A DNA stretch of 64,000 bases, taken from Macrostomum hystrix (taxonomy: Eukaryota > Animalia > Platyhelminthes). A program made the translations under genes and the position numbers. The notes under the pieces were generated by a model. It was not told the DNA's origin, made no database searches, and saw nothing but the letters and a program-made list of their open reading frames with translations. Positions within the stretch are counted from its first letter, which is position 1. Each line of letters begins with the position of its first letter. Below are positions 12,108-25,075 of the stretch, piece after piece. The stretch spans positions 15,500,001-15,564,000 of the forward strand of contig CATNEN010000001.1 of NCBI GenBank assembly GCA_950097015.1, written 5' to 3'.

Positions 12108-15038
12108 TCACACCGCGCGCCCCTCTTTGAACTGTTTCACATTATCGGCTAGCCAGCTGCGAACAGCCGGAAGTTTGCGCTCCATCCACTTGACGTTGAT
12201 GCGCACGTTCTCCAGGGCGATGTCCATGGCCCGCGTCGCAGCGCCCAGGGTGTCCTTGTGCTGCGCCTTGAACCTCTCCATCTCCGCAAGCTTTTGCTCG
12301 CTGTTGAAGCCAGCAAAATTGCTGATAAATCTCGAAACAGGGGAGGAGCCAAACTTTTTTTTATTAATTCTCTTCCAGTTCCTCTGAAAAAAGTCCCACA
12401 TTATCTGGAGACCGTTTGGGTTCACAGAAACGCTCGAGAACACCGTGGAGGAGTCCTGCCTCCGAACTTTGGATTCGTTGAGAGCAAATTCCAGGTAGCG
12501 TTTGAGAATCCGCGGCTCGCTGGTGCAGGCCAGGCTGCGGATGATGTCCTTCTGAATTCCAGGATGTGATTCAGTCTTGCTGTACTTAAACAGTCGGTCC
12601 CACACGTCCATAGAATATGTGAACACTCCTTCACAGAGAACCCGGCGTCTGATGTCCGGAATGATGCTCTTGGTAAAATTTGAGTTTACGAAGTCGTTGA
12701 ACTTTTCCCTTGCAGCCTCCTTGCAACGTTGCACACCGTACCGGCAGGCCGATGAGACGATGAGCTCTCGCTTCAGTCGGGTCAGGTGCGTCTCATTGTC
12801 CTTGTTGTCAAGTCCGATGTCCTTGAAAGCACCTTCGAGCAGGTCGTGCATGTAGGCACTCAGAAAACCGTTCTCCAGAGACTGTCGGTGGAGCATCGAG
12901 TGCAGGTAGCTTATCTTCGAAAGAGCCGACTGCCACGGAACCAAGTGGGTCTCGTTCTTCAAGTACTTGGTCATGTTAAGCGGAACGCTGTAGTCCAGGT
13001 AGCCTGCGCTGGCCAGAGAGAAGCTGTCATCGAGCAGACGGGCTCTGTCCTGCGGAGTGAACACGCTGTGGTCCGACAGCAGCTGTTGGATGAGAGCTTC
13101 CCAGTTCGCTAGCTCGTAGTTCACTCTGTAGAAGCCGAGCGAGCGCAGATTGAGCAGGTGCCAACTTGAGCCGGCGTCCAAGTCGAACGTCTGGCTCTTG
13201 TCGGCCATCCATTGCACGAATCGTGACACATCCTCCGGAGTACCCGAGGTGAGATTCTCCTTGGTGGCCAAGGTGACTGGGATGATCCACGTGTAGTTGT
13301 AGTCACTCTCGTAGCTGGGCTTCTGGCTGGGGTCGCTGAGGAAGTGGTTCTGGGTCAGCGTGAGCTGGCCTGCACTCCTGGAGCAGTTGAGCACGGGATA
13401 TCCCATCTGCTTGATCCAGCGGTCCATCACTTGACCCACGTCGAGCTGTGTGCCCCACGTTTCGTTGTACTGTCGAGCCAGACTGTCATAGAGAGCAGTG
13501 TGGAATGTGTTGCCGTAACTGTTGTCCAACAGGTATTTTCCGACTCCTTTCCGGAACACTTCGTCACCCACGAAGCCGTGAAGCATGCGAAGAACAGTGG
13601 CGCCCTTTACGTAGGTGATGATGTCAAATATCTCGTTGATTTGATTTGGATTATAAACGTGAAGATAAATTGGGTGGCTCGCGCCTTTTGAATCGGCGTC
13701 GAAGGCCGCACGCTGCTGGGTTGGCACGAATTGAGCATCGATCTCCCAGTCGGGATGCAGATTGTGCACTCCGATGTTTTGCACGAAACTGGCAAATCCC
13801 TCATTGAGCCAGATGTCGTCCCACCAGTCCGGCGTGACTAGATTTCCGAACCACATGTGGGCGATCTCGTGGCTCACAACGCTGCCGATGTCTTGTAAAA
13901 TGGCGCTAGTGTCTTTGGATGCATCGAAAACGAGGCGGCTCTCCCGATAAATGATGAGTCCCCAGTTCTCCGTCGCACCTGCCTTAAAGTCGGGAACTGC
14001 AGCCTGATCCGTTTTATTCAGCGGGTATGACACGTTGAAGTAGGACTCAAAGTGCTGGGTGATGTTCATGACGGCCTCAAGCGAGTAGTTTGTGAGACCT
14101 TTGAACTCGGGTCGAACCCAATTGCGATATTCGCGACCCTTGTCGTCTTTGCTGTCTACATAGTCGAATTGAGACACAATGAACGCCAGAAGGTAAGTAG
14201 ACATGATGGGAGTAGTCTCAAAGTCCTCCTTCACTACAAGATCTGAGTCGGCCATCTCGCTAAACCACTGCTTGGCAGTCACGTTGTTTTCCTGCTTTGA
14301 TGGCATGTTGCTGATGGACTTGAAAGTCGCAAGTCGCACGAGGCTGATGTCAAACTTTGCCTTGAATCCAGGCTCATCGAAACACGGGAACGTCTTCCTG
14401 GCGTCCGTCGGCTGCAGTTTAGAAGTGGCGAGGTACTTTGTAACTCCGTTCTCAGTGTAGGAGCTCAGATAGAGACCTCTAAGATCAGGCCGAAGTGGAC
14501 CTCGGAACTTGTCGATCTGCAGGACGATGCTTGAGCTGTTCGCAGGCAGCGGCTCGCTCATGTTGATGCTGTACCACTGACGCTTGTCGTCGTACACAAC
14601 GCTCGTGACGGTGAAGGTTTTTTTGGAGCTGTTATAATAGATCTTTATATCCTGGACCGTCAGGTTGATCCTGTCTGCGTGCAGCTTAAGGTTGTTGGTG
14701 CTCTGGCTAACACTGAGCCTCACCCTGACGGAGCCGGTGAAGTAGAAGACCGATGCGTTCTTCCCGTAGATGTAGGGCGCCAGGGTGACGCTGTAGTGCA
14801 CGGGCTCGACGCCAGCCGGCAGTCGGACGTCTTTCACGAGTGGCGGCGCTGTCGATGGTCCCGGAGTCGCCGGTGGCGGACGGCTCGGAACCGTAACTGC
14901 CACCACGGAGTCTGTGAAGACGAGCGCGAGCAGGGCGAGAATCACCACCGTCAGCAGGAGGCCTCTCTTGCCCGAGCCGCCACTTGCCCTGATGTTGACG
15001 CTGTTCTCGAACCCCTTATAACCTGCGTAGCGGCCCAT
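12108..15038 (-). CDS. M1 family zinc aminopeptidase (aminopeptidase N-like), type II membrane anchor, single exon, ~976 aa
   Basis: N-terminal hydrophobic anchor and S/T/P stalk; RLP..V.P.HY; FPCFDEP; GATENWGL; HEIAHMWFGNLVT..WW.D.WLNEGFA (HExxH-18-E); catalytic Tyr in ITYVKG; ERAP1-like C-terminus. First ATG at 15038. Confidence 0.95.
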   Translation of the reverse strand: MGRYAGYKGFENSVNIRASGGSGKRGLLLTVVILALLALVFTDSVVAVTVPSRPPPATPGPSTAPPLVKDVRLPAGVEPVHYSVTLAPYIYGKNASVFYFTGSVRVRLSVSQSTNNLKLHADRINLTVQDIKIYYNSSKKTFTVTSVVYDDKRQWYSINMSEPLPANSSSIVLQIDKFRGPLRPDLRGLYLSSYTENGVTKYLATSKLQPTDARKTFPCFDEPGFKAKFDISLVRLATFKSISNMPSKQENNVTAKQWFSEMADSDLVVKEDFETTPIMSTYLLAFIVSQFDYVDSKDDKGREYRNWVRPEFKGLTNYSLEAVMNITQHFESYFNVSYPLNKTDQAAVPDFKAGATENWGLIIYRESRLVFDASKDTSAILQDIGSVVSHEIAHMWFGNLVTPDWWDDIWLNEGFASFVQNIGVHNLHPDWEIDAQFVPTQQRAAFDADSKGASHPIYLHVYNPNQINEIFDIITYVKGATVLRMLHGFVGDEVFRKGVGKYLLDNSYGNTFHTALYDSLARQYNETWGTQLDVGQVMDRWIKQMGYPVLNCSRSAGQLTLTQNHFLSDPSQKPSYESDYNYTWIIPVTLATKENLTSGTPEDVSRFVQWMADKSQTFDLDAGSSWHLLNLRSLGFYRVNYELANWEALIQQLLSDHSVFTPQDRARLLDDSFSLASAGYLDYSVPLNMTKYLKNETHLVPWQSALSKISYLHSMLHRQSLENGFLSAYMHDLLEGAFKDIGLDNKDNETHLTRLKRELIVSSACRYGVQRCKEAAREKFNDFVNSNFTKSIIPDIRRRVLCEGVFTYSMDVWDRLFKYSKTESHPGIQKDIIRSLACTSEPRILKRYLEFALNESKVRRQDSSTVFSSVSVNPNGLQIMWDFFQRNWKRINKKKFGSSPVSRFISNFAGFNSEQKLAEMERFKAQHKDTLGAATRAMDIALENVRINVKWMERKLPAVRSWLADNVKQFKEGRAV

Positions 15039-15354
15039 TTTTTGCAATGGTTTACGAGCATGAATTTTAAACAGTTGTTAGATATATTATTCACGTTTTT
15101 TGGTAAGTGTAGATTATTTACAGCGTGATAGTCAGTGAGTCAGTTGAATGTTTGCGACGAAGTTATTTGAAATATAGAAATACTGATTTAGCAGTGGCTG
15201 AATTTGCAGTCGCTTTTTCGAGTGTAGTGTAAAAATGAGAGCTGACAGGGCGGAGAGGAGTTGTGCTCTTAAATTTTATTTATTGAAATTCGCACCTCTG
15301 ACTGGGCAAAGAGAGGAATGTGCTGTGCTGTATTACTAAGGAGTATTACTAAGA

Positions 15355-18300
15355 ATACAAAAGCATGAATTATCGAGGGGATAGCATTGATTATTGATGA
15401 AGAGCATGAGTTATCGAGGGAAAGCACGAGTACCCGCTCGATAAATTAGCTACCCCTCGATAATTCATTCTACTTCACCATAGTTCATGCTTTTCCTTCT
15501 ATAATTTATGCTGCCCCCAAAATTATGAAAATTCCTCGATAAGTCGTGCTTTCAACTCGATAATTTAGCTTCTTATCCATAAATTATGCTACACCCCCAA
15601 TAATTCATGCTATTTCGTTGGTAGTTCATGCTTCCAATCGAAAATTCAAGCTTCCTCTCGAAAAGTCATGCTTTCCCATCGAAAAATCATGATTTCGCTT
15701 CGATTAATTATCCCTCGTCATTTCATGCTTTCCCCTTGACAATTGATGCTTCTCCCACAATACTACATGCTTCTCCGTCGATAATTTAGGCTTACCCCTT
15801 GATAATTCATTCTACACCCTCGATAAGTAATGTTTTTCGATAAATCATGCTTTTTTATCATTTATGCTTAGCCCTCGAATATATCATGCTTTACTTTCTA
15901 TAATTTATGCAACTTTAATAAATCATTCTATCGCCTAAAATTTACCCTGAAAGCATTATGCTATTACCTGAAAACGGATTCGAAATATCATGCAATCTCT
16001 TTAAGAAATCAAGATATTTCCTAGATATTTTCCCCACAAGTTCCATGTAATTTACTTGATTTATCTTGCTGCTATCCATTGATATATAGCACTATATTCT
16101 TAAATTTCATGTTTTCATTGGAATTATTATGCTTTCGAAATACAGTTTGGTTAAGAGAGGATGAAAATATTTTTGGCTTTTCTGTTTTGAATTTAATAAC
16201 GATTACAGCAATACTCGAAAAACTTTTCTTTAGTTTTGAAAGTTAAAAAATAACTCTAGCAACTACGCATGCTCGAACAGTCCTAATTTTTTATCGATAA
16301 CGCTAGAAGAAATGCTCGAAAAAGTTAAAATTAAAAGTAGTAACGCTTTTAGCTATGCTCTACATATTTTTCTAGTTCTGAATCTGATAACGCTTGCAGC
16401 TATACTCGAAAAAAATTATTTGTTTTGAATATTAAAAAATGCTAACAGCAACGTATGGTCAAACATAATTTCTTTATTTTTTAATCCTGTTGAAGATTGC
16501 GTGCAAGAATGCTGGAAAAACGTAAAATGTAAATAAAAAACTCTATTAGCTTTGCTCGAAGTTATTTAGAACAGTTTCTTATATTTCTAAATCTAAAAAT
16601 TCTGGCAGATGTGCTCGAAAACTCTTTACTCAGTTTTTTATTGAATAAAACTTGCTGCTGCAATCGAAAAAATTATTTATATTTTCTCATAGCGAGAAGT
16701 GAAATCAAGCTTTATAAAAGCACGCTAACCACTCGACAAAGCTTGCGACCCACAGTAAATAATTTATGCTAATCCCACAGTAAATCGTGCCACTCTCAAC
16801 ATTCGATGAAGTTCCCTCACTAATAAAAACTGTTTCCTCGATAACTATGCTACCCGTAAAAATGTATGCTACAACCTTAATTAACCAAGGTAACCCTTGT
16901 AAAATTATGCTACCGCTATAAAAAATGCTGCAGTCTTAATACAGGCTACCCCCTCGATAAATAATTGCGACACATTCGATAATAAATTTTAACTCATTTC
17001 GATAAAAAATGATTCTCCCTCGACAAGTTATTCTTTTTCATAAAAAAGCATTTTCCCCTTATAATTCATGCTTTCTTTTCAAGAATTTATAATTCTCCCT
17101 CGGTAATTTTATTTAACTAAATTATTCATTCTCCTCCATCGATAATTCATGCTTTCCCCTCGAAAATCTATGCCCTAGTAGCTTAAAATTCCTGCTTTTC
17201 CTTCGAAAATTCATGCTTTTCCTTTGATAGTGTATGCTTCCCCTCGAAATTTCATGCAAACCAGTTGATTAATCATTTTATCCCTATGATAATTCATGCT
17301 TCCCTTCAAAAACTTATTATTCTCCTCGATATTTCACGCTTAACCTTATGAAAAGTTATCCCTGTCCTGGATATATCATGCTTTTTAATCGACAATTCAT
17401 GCTACCCCTTCAATAATGTGTCTTTCCTAAAACATGCGTGCTACATCGTTGATATTTAATGCTTTATCCTAGATAATTCATTAAATAATTCATTATACTC
17501 CTCGATAATTGATGCAAGCTACGTCGTAGTTGATTATTTATGTCACCCCCTTGATAATTTTTCTTGCCCTTGATACCTTATGCTCGGTCGTCGATAATTT
17601 ATTCTTCCACTTGATACATCCTGCTTCCCTCTTAATTATTGTTCCCTCTTTGATTATTGATGCTACCCACTCGATAATTCATGCTTTTCCATTGATGGAT
17701 CATGCTTTTCCCTCGGGAATTCATGCTTCCCTTTCGATAATTCAGGCTTTCTGTTCGATAATTCGTGCTTTCCCTCGATAACTTATTCTTCCCTTCGATA
17801 TTTCACGCATTCCCTTTTGATAATTCATACTTCTACTCCATAATTTATTCTTCCCCTCGAGATTTGATCCTTTCCCCTTGTATAATTAAATATTATTACT
17901 CAAAAAGTAATGCTATTCACTAGATACATTATTTTTCATAAAGGATATATCCTTCCCCTCGATAATTTATTCTACCTATCGATAATTATTTCTTTCCCTC
18001 AATAATTCATGCTCCTTCCTCGAGAATTCATGCTTTTCCTAAGATGTACGAGTATCATGCTTTTTTCGCGAATTTAAGCTTCCCCATAGATAATTAATGC
18101 TTTCCTTTCAATAATTCATTCTTTCCTTATTATTTAACTTAACTTTAACTTATTATTCCTCTCGATATTTTACGCTTTCGATTTTGATAATTTATGCTTT
18201 CCCATCGATAATTCATGCTTTTCCCATGATGATGCAGGCTTCCACCTCGAAAAATTCATGCTACCCCTTGATAATTATAGCTTTTTCCTCGATATATCAT

Positions 18301-19700
18301 GCTGCCCGCATAAAAATTAATGTTAAAAAATCACAGCTTTTTCGGTGATAATACATGCTTTTCTCGATAATTTACTCTTTCCCTCGATAATTCATGCTCC
18401 TTCCTCGATAATTCATGCTCCTTCCTCGATAATTCATGCTCCTTCCTCGATAATTCATGCTCCTTCCTCGATAATTCATGCTCCTTCCTCGATAATTCAT
18501 GCTCCTTCCTCGATAATTCATGCTCCTTCCTCGATAACTCATGCTACTTCCTCGATAATTCATGCTCCTTCCTCGATAATTCATGCTCCTTCCTCGATAA
18601 TTCATGCTCCTTCCTCGATAATTCATGCTCCTTCCTCGATAATTCATGCTCCTTCCTCGATAATTCATGCTCCTTCCTCGATAATTCATGCTCCTTCCTC
18701 GATAATTCATGCTCCTTCCTCGATAATTCATACTCCTTCCTCAATAAGTCATGCTATTTGCCATATATATTTTTTGCAGACATGATATATATTTTTTCCT
18801 CGATAGTTTTCTATTCACCTGGATAATTTATTCTCTCAATCGATTATTTCTTCTTTACCTCGATTATTAAATTCTTTCCCTCAGTAATTTATTCCTCCCC
18901 TCGAAAATTATCATTTTGTGACGATGTCATTTATTTCGTAATTGTAGTTTGTCGTTATTTGTCTAGGAATTCTTAGTTTCTATGTGAATTCCATTTTTGT
19001 ATTCTTAGTGAATTTTGTCTGTGTAATGTCTCCAATTTACTAATATTTAAACTATAACAGTACATACTATTCATTATTTATGCAAGTATTGAAAGTCCGG
19101 TTGTCGCATACTATATTCCATGTATCTGCGCGCCGTATTTAAAATCTGATTCGCTGCGTATTTCACGCCTCGGTCTAGACGGTTACCAGTGGTGTTGGAC
19201 GCATATTGGGCGCTAGAGCCTAATTAAGACTAAATAAATTCGCAGGTTATGACCGACATCTTAATAAATAACTAGACAGTCCATCCCCGCTACACAGATC
19301 CAACCTTACTCTTCATCTTACTCTTATTAAGTTATTTGAGCCTTCGAGTCCTTGAGTGTTACATTTTGATGCTCCTTTCTTGATAATTCATGCTACTCAC
19401 TCGATTTATCATTTTGCACACATGGTATATTTTTCCCCTCGATAATGTATTCTTCACTTCGATAGTTCTTATCCTCAATAATTTATGCTCCTTCCTCGAT
19501 AAATTATGCTACTCCCTCGATAAATTATGCTACTCCCTCGAAAAATTGTGCTACTCCCTCGATATAACATGCTTTCCCCTCGATTATTCAAGCTCCATCG
19601 ACAATAATTGACCCTTACCCCTCAATTATTCATGCTTTACCTTCGATAAATTATGCCACTTCCCTCAATAAATCAATACATCCTCCTGAAAAAAATAGCT
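15355..19700. repeat. Large degenerate 21-bp satellite (CTCGATAATTCATGCTCCTTC)n with a homogenised core at ~18380-18745
   Basis: About 17 near-perfect units in the core with increasingly diverged flanks. The first few units (~15360-15430) are inverted. A second, longer-period degenerate repeat lies at ~16190-16670. Confidence 0.9.
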
Positions 19701-19967
19701 ATGCCCTCACTTCACTTTTCTTCACACTTGACACTTCATTTTTCATCTAGCTATTTTGCATTCGCTTCGCGGGACCTGTACAACATAAAGCTATTATACG
19801 GGAATCAAAATGATTATAGTGGAATGAGCGGGAACAACAAAACTGTCTACATTTTATATTAGACTATAATTACGAGTAATCAACCAACCGCTGTTCTGCT
19901 GTCACTCCTGTCTCCCGAATGCCAAGAATTCTTTCTGAATGAGTGGCAAATCCTGCGATGATGCACT

Positions 19968-20155
19968 ATGAGGGTTTGTTATACTGACAACAATCTGAAA
20001 GAAAGAAGCTACATGGAGTTGGTTGCAGCCCATCAGAATCACGGAGAATCAATCGCCGAATTTTATGAGAGACTTTCTACCTATGCAAGACTAGCTGGCA
20101 TTTCGAACACTGAGACTAAACCTTTGTTGCGTTCCCGATTTTGTCATGGCCTCCG
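19968..20155 (+). pseudogene. LTR-retrotransposon gag (capsid) fragment
   Basis: Q..GESIAEFYERL..YARLA...LLRSRFCHGL motif; appears to resume at ~21265-21360 (KKLLQAE). Confidence 0.55.
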
Positions 20156-21262
20156 TGTGATACTTTTACCTAGGTCTCTCTTTGGGTTGAGATTCCTAAA
20201 TGAGGTCGGGTGTCCTACTCTATGCGAGAGATTCTATTGCCCTAACTCGAAAGTAACGAAGACAGGAAGATTCAAAAATCCAAGCTAAACAGTTGATATT
20301 TAAGTGTTAATTCGTTAATAAAAGAAGGCTATGAATGATTAATTCCCCTGGCAGCGCCCTTTCCGTCCCCTGCCAGGTACTGTACCTAATTCAATATTCA
20401 ATTCACAATTCGCACTGGTAATTTACTAACAAAATCTCGATAGCCTCAACACAAGAAATACAACGAACTCGATAATGCTCTGGACAATAACAAGAACTCA
20501 CGAAATAACACGACAATTAACACAAATAACTCCTAGACAAAACAGATAGCCCCTTTACGCTCGTAACAAAACAAGACAAATAACACGAAACCTAACCCAA
20601 AGTCCCTAGTCTGAAACCGAGGCGACCAGCAAGCACTTCCGCACTGTGGCACAACGATATCTTTATCGTGCCACACTTAATGTCAATTCGACGGCGTCCC
20701 ACCGATGATTGTCGGTGATATGGAGAGTAATTCCGTGCTTGCCAATCCCTGTCTAACACTCACTCCATCAGCAGTTGGCCAGACGTACCAAGCTCAGCGC
20801 AAGCTACTTACTGACGTGGGATTGAGTGTGGGGTTTTCTTCGACTAGCTGGATGGACTGGTTTACCTGTCCCGGTATCTATTACTATGCAACGACAGATA
20901 GGGTGCGTAACAACGCAGAAACGATAGGAACGAAAACGATACAACGCCTTCACAACGCAATAGCCAGTTATTTAGTCAAGCGCCCGCCCCAGCCCCCATC
21001 AAAGCCTGGGTACCGGCCGCCCCGCTTGTTCCACTGCCAGGTCGACCCTGCCGGTTAACGAACTGGCCGCTGATTGGCTCGGCCCGGGGTGTCGCGCTTA
21101 AGTAGGGTCGCATCAGATTGGCTTACCATTCTCCTATTGGCTGGCCCACCATACCGGGGTTAGTCCGATGCCTTGGCTGTAGAGCAGGCTGACCGGTTGG
21201 TCGCGTTTGTAAGCCTGACCGAGGCGCGCATGCACTAACAACTAACCTATAAAATACATCAT
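20156..21262. mobile_element. Possible ~1.1-kb solo LTR interrupting the gag fragment
   Basis: Begins TGTGATA and ends ...ATCATA; clustered CCAAT boxes at ~21070-21145; no clean TSD. Confidence 0.35.
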
Positions 21263-21404
21263 AATAATTCATTAATATTGACGTGCGCGAAAAAGTTACT
21301 TCAAGCAGAAATATACGCATCATATAATAAACATGCCGAAACTACATCCGAGATAAAGTTCTTGCTGAGAAGATTATTCTGTGGAGAAGAGAAGCCACAC
21401 GTGT

Positions 21405-22926
21405 GCATGGTCCACCATCCAACACTTTTCCAACGACTTAGGGAGTTAAAGGTCAGCCCAGAAATAATCGAAGCAATACAAAACACGTACTCAGGAGCTA
21501 AATTTCAACTGAAGATCTCAGATGGCCAAGAAACTAAGGCAAGGAGCATAACAAATGGAGTAAGACAAGGCTGTCCCCTATCCCCTCTACTTTTCTCACT
21601 CTATATAGATCCTTTGAACACAATGCTAAGGAATTCATTTCGCAGCGACACCTTCATTAAAGATGAACAAATCAACAACTTGCTATACTGCGATGATTTA
21701 GTGATCTTTGGAGAGAATCCTCGAGAGCTGCAGAAGGGCCTCGATAAAGTGTCAGAATTTTGTCAGAGCCACAAGCTAGAAATCAATATGCAAAAAACTA
21801 AGGTTATTAGCTGTTGCCCTGACCCATCAAAGACGGCTAACAAACTATTTCTGCAGGGACAACTGTTAGATAGCGTCAAAGAATGGAAATATCTTGGCTT
21901 TCACATCAATGCTAAAGGAACCGTGGATTCCCATGCCACAGAGATTAACAAAAAATGTGGATACCCTATTCTTCTCTTAAGGAAATTAGCTAGCCATGGG
22001 GCGGTCAGATACAATCAGCTCATGCTGTACTGCACAGCAATGATAGAAAGCATAGCTCTGTACGCCTCCGAGGCCTGGGGGGGCTTTTGTCTCGTGGAAC
22101 CTGGGTCCTTGGGACCGCTGTCTTGTGGAAAGGGTAAACATCAGGTGCTGTAAAGCCATACTACAAGTCAGCCAAAATACGGATGGCAACGGGGCCCGCT
22201 CGGAGTTAGGCAGATTGCCTTTATTATACAACATACAGAAAAGAAGCCTTTCGTACTGGGCCTCCATAACAAGCCGGCCGGACTCCATAGTTTTCAAGTT
22301 ATTGGCGGACCAAACATACAGTGATGTTGGAATCAAAACAAAGATCAACAATGACGTTATGCTGAACTGCAGAGGCATTAGTCCCGCAAAAGCAATTAAA
22401 AACCACAGGAAAAATTTCGTTTCTCAGTTTGATACCCATTGGAGACAAAGGACACAGAACTCAAGCAAGCTAAGACACTTCTATTACTCCTTAAAGCAAT
22501 ATTATTCAGCCGAAAAATATGTACAGCAAATATACAACCCGGAGTTAAGACGTACCATATCCTCGTTTAGACTAGGAAACCATAAGCTAGCTTGCGAAAC
22601 ATTGCGAACTGCAAGACCGAAAATTCCGTATGAGAACAGATTATGTAGTAAGTGCAAAACAGGAGTTGAAAACGAGGTCCACTTCCTTTTTAAGTGCAGT
22701 TGGAATATGTATAGCGCAGCACGTTCGAATTTTGAGAAGGAAATTTCTGGGAAAACTCCCAATTTCATATCCTTAACAGCAGAAGAGAAATCTAACTACA
22801 TTATGGCTCAAGACGATAGGGAAACCACTGAAGCTTTAGCAAAATACATCATAGATATCTCTAAAATAAGGGAACAGCTGCCCTGAGACTACAAGCTCGT
22901 ATTATTATTATTATTATTATATTATT
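21405..22926 (+). mobile_element. 5'-truncated RTEX-like LINE (RT plus C-terminal Cys/His domain) with (ATT)n tail
   Basis: GVRQGCPLSPLLF, YCDD, KYLG; RLGNHKL.CE...R.C.KC...VENEVHFL..C; frameshift at ~22120; attattatt tail at 22901-22926. Confidence 0.85.
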
Positions 22927-23332
22927 AAACAATATATATATTGTTTTGAATGGGGAAGCTACCTGAGCAAAGTGTTTAAGAAGTGCTAATTTTCTACACA
23001 GCATTCGAATTTAACATTCGGCTACCCTCTGACTGCCCAGAGCTGCAGACCCATTTTACTCATTATTCAAATCCGGGAGAAAATTATTCAATTAACTACC
23101 AGCAACTGTTTCGGCAGTACTCAGGGGCTCGGACAGCTAGCGATAGAATGCAATGCAATGATGAGCCTTACTGCTTCACTGTCTCAGATGGAATAGAGCA
23201 TGAGGCCCTGGTTCTGTGTTCTGTGGCTGCGAAAGTTTTCCAGGGATCATGACGTATCAGCCTCCTCCAACAGCTCCATCATTATCACGCACACCAAAGT
23301 TAGCCAAGGCAAACAACAGCAGCAACGAATAA

Positions 23333-23518
23333 AACAAAAAAATTAAAATCGCAAGGAAAAGGAAGGCACAAAAGATTGCTGCTCGAAACGGCAAGAAGGG
23401 GAAATCGAAGAAACGGTGCAAGACGCATAGAAAGAAAGCTAAGAAAGGAGAGCCTAAAGCGAAGAGCAAGAAAGGCAAGAGGAAAACTGTTAGTCGCGTT
23501 CTGGACTCCTTGTCATAG
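23333..23518 (+). pseudogene. Lys/Arg-rich core-like protein C-terminus (Maverick)
   Basis: ...ARKRKAQKIAARNGKKGKSKKRCKTHRKKAKKGEPKAKSKKGKRKTVSRVLDSLS*, ending 2 nt before the capsid ATG. Confidence 0.55.
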
Positions 23519-23520
23519 AC

Positions 23521-24680
23521 ATGGCTTACGGATTCAACCCGAGGCTCGATTTGTTCAAGACCCCCACGCTGCAGACTGCAATAGAAAAATCCTACTATGT
23601 TGATATTCACCCTGTGAACTCCATTGCTGCTAACTCACCTATTGAATTTGAATGCCACCCATCAGCTGATGAGTACACTGATCTGTTGAATTCCTTCACT
23701 GTGCATTCGCTGCCGCCCAGTCCGGTTGGATGGGGACTTGATGAGGGAAGATGTTTGAAACGCTGAGGGAGAGCTGACCGAGTTCAGAGACAGTGATGTG
23801 CATCCGGAAAACTTTGTCTTATCAACCGCGTTGTCCGATATGATCGTGAGCATCAACCAGCGAGTTGTGTCCGGGGGAGACCAGCTCTATCCCTATCATG
23901 CCTACTCTCATGAGCTCATCCGATGCCCAGCAGCTGAAATTCTACCCCGCTGGATTCCTTGAGCCCGACTCCGCTGCGGCGACACACACGGCGAGCCAAA
24001 GGCAGTCCCGCTGGGTGGAGTATTCTCAGCGACATCTTCCAGTGCCCGGTGTTTCTGCTCAACAATTTGCACCTGCACATCAAGCTGGTGCCCAGCGATG
24101 CTGCATTCGCGATCAGAACACCAGCTGCAAACAACACGGCCTATCGCATGGAATCTCCGAATCTCCGATTGAATCTCCGCCGTATCAAGGTGGTGTCTCA
24201 CATCAGCCTGGCCCACGAACACGGACTGACCAGCCAGAATGCACTCTATCCAATTGAGCGAACCGAAATTCACCCATGGAAAACTCCCTAAGTTCATCAT
24301 GCTGGCCTTCGTGAACCACCGAGCCTTCAATGGGCATCACCATTCCAGCCCATTTGAGTTCCTGAACTTCAACCTCAGCCAGCTAGAAAGGTGGTGAAAC
24401 CATGTGCCACGGCGCATTCACCCGAAAACAACTCATTTGTGAGAGAGTACTTGTACTTACCTGAAAAGCTGCCAATCTGCCAGCCCCAGCAACTCAGTCC
24501 CGTGGATCTTCTCAAACGATAACAGTGTTTGCATTCGACCTCACACCTGAAGGAGCGGCCCTGTGGTACGGACAGAAGGAGGGCAACCTGCGGCTCGAGA
24601 TTCGGTTCAGACATGCACTTGACGAGGCTGACTCTGATTGTCATGTGCATGTATGTGTCGAATTCCAGAATCCTCCATAT
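23521..24680 (+). pseudogene. Maverick/adintovirus major capsid (hexon-like) pseudogene
   Basis: Across frameshifts: LDLFKTPTLQTAIE..Y.DIHP......PIEF......EY.DL; SDIFQCPVFLLNN..L.IKL; LAHE.GL...NALYPIER; FVNHRAFNG...PFEF; FAFDLTP...GNLRLEIRF..AL. Confidence 0.8.
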
Positions 24681-24849
24681 ACTATTACAAAGTACGCAAT
24701 CATATTACTAGGCATATATTCATTTAAATTAGTCCGCTCCAATTCTCGTTCACTACGTTTGAACCATAGACGATCTCCAAGTTTCCACTGTACTGTATAA
24801 CTCGCATTATCAACAAAGCAAGCGCTACATTGAGGCTGCTCTGAGACCC

Positions 24850-25040
24850 AATGACCTGGTTGGTTTTGATGACTTGATTGAATAAACTTCCAAATTCTTC
24901 TGCAATGCGAATTTTTTCACCAGAATTTCCCATCATTTGCCCTGCTTTCTGGTCATGCTGACCCAAAATAAGTTTTTTAAATGGAAGGAGTTGCGAACAA
25001 TGAGTTTCAATGCGATGTACTTTGTGATCATGAAGAAGCG
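24850..25040 (+). pseudogene. A32/FtsK-like packaging ATPase fragment (Maverick)
   Basis: Walker B-like LVGFDDL, then after a frameshift FTRISHH...LTQN.F...LRTMSFNAMYFVIMK. Confidence 0.7.
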
Positions 25041-25075
25041 ATTTAAGCGATTGCTAATAAAGCACTGCCCTAGGA

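Noticed and set aside
18345-18785. Repeat-derived ORFs (also 33380-33908, 34198-34632, 53690-54455, 55174-56058, 58584-59090, 60413-61524)
   Set aside because: They are open only because the repeat units lack stops in some frames; no domain or splice support.
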